From: Candidatus Latescibacterota bacterium
Lineage (GTDB): Bacteria > Krumholzibacteriota > Krumholzibacteriia > WVZY01
Length of the DNA: 64,000 bases
Reading direction: 5' to 3'
Assembly: GCA_963791045.1 (NCBI GenBank)
Contig: CAWBQK010000007.1
Location: 192,001 to 256,000, forward strand
Shown one piece after another: positions 63,487-64,000 of this stretch (positions are counted from its first letter, which is position 1; each line of letters starts with the position of its first letter). The notes beneath the pieces were generated by a model, which saw only the letters and a list, made by a program, of their open reading frames with translations, had not been told where the DNA came from and searched no databases. Both the position numbers and the translations under genes were made by a program.

Positions 63487-64000
63487 CTAGAACCGGTATG
63501 ACCCCGAGAGGATCAGACGGTCGCTGGTTCTGTTGTCAATGAGGGTGTCAATGGTCCGTTTGCCGATCTGGTGTTCGTAGGAGGCGTCGATCGACAATAC
63601 CCGTCCCACGAGAACTCCCATCCCCAGCGTCACCTTCTGCCGTTCCGTTTCTATTTCGGCTTTTTGGATGCTGTCGCCCGATATCCGGTCAGCCTGGAGA
63701 TATTCCAAAGCATACGGAATGATTGCGTAACCCGCACGGATTCGGACCGGTATGACGGGCAGCAGAACCTCGCCGCCGATTCGCAGGTTCAAGACCTCGC
63801 GAAATACGGGGTTAAGGTTTTCGTCCTTCAACTGCACGCCGTTGGACTCGGTTTGTCTCCAGTCGGCGTATTCGGCATCCAGGCTCACGACAAGATGCGG
63901 GGGCGTAATGCTAAGACCCGCGGCAACACGAAGCGGCAGCTTGTAGTCGGTGTCGATGTAAAACTGTTCGGCGTAATATTCGTCTTCAGCGTTTACGTAG
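63487..64000 (-). CDS. OmpP1/FadL-like outer-membrane barrel, C-terminal part (5' end outside the window)
   Basis: Frame open to the window edge: ..YKLPLRVAAGLS..SLDAEYADW..LRIGGEV..VRIRAGY..ILSGSYRF. Confidence 0.7.
   Translation of the reverse strand, partial: YVNAEDEYYAEQFYIDTDYKLPLRVAAGLSITPPHLVVSLDAEYADWRQTESNGVQLKDENLNPVFREVLNLRIGGEVLLPVIPVRIRAGYAIIPYALEYLQADRISGDSIQKAEIETERQKVTLGMGVLVGRVLSIDASYEHQIGKRTIDTLIDNRTSDRLILSGSYRF

Overview
This is a GC-rich bacterial chromosomal window with almost all genes on the + strand. The gene content (PorU/PorV-type T9SS parts together with a deltaproteobacterial-style pil cluster and classical TTGACA-type promoters) suggests an FCB-related, non-Bacteroidota lineage such as Krumholzibacteriota or Latescibacterota. 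That taxonomy is inference only. Order of content: M23 peptidase, dnaE, outer-membrane (OM) protein, accA, small Trm112-like gene; a T9SS-like envelope locus (porU, porV, two paralogous membrane proteins, NHL lipoprotein, ~1140-aa OM protein with SprA-like motifs, Omp85/TamA-like protein); hutU-hutI; TPR protein; ECF S-component plus TonB-receptor-like OM protein; comEA; a complete type IVa pilus cluster (pilB-T-C-S-R-A, ABC ATPase, permease, pilG-like, pilD, pilMNOPQ) with three sigma54 promoters; rsmD, coaD, obgE, dprA, lipid A acyltransferase, DUF3467, split rfaE1/rfaE2; a COG2403 (ArcE-like) enzyme, sucCD, a 53-bp tandem repeat, ndk; yceD-rpmF-plsX-fabH-fabD-fabG-acpP-fabF-rnc; a Cys-rich orphan; and a partial FadL-like OM protein. 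About 31.1-42.0 kb is dense with single-base frameshifts, most likely consensus errors. I saw no rRNA, tRNA, CRISPR array or mobile element.
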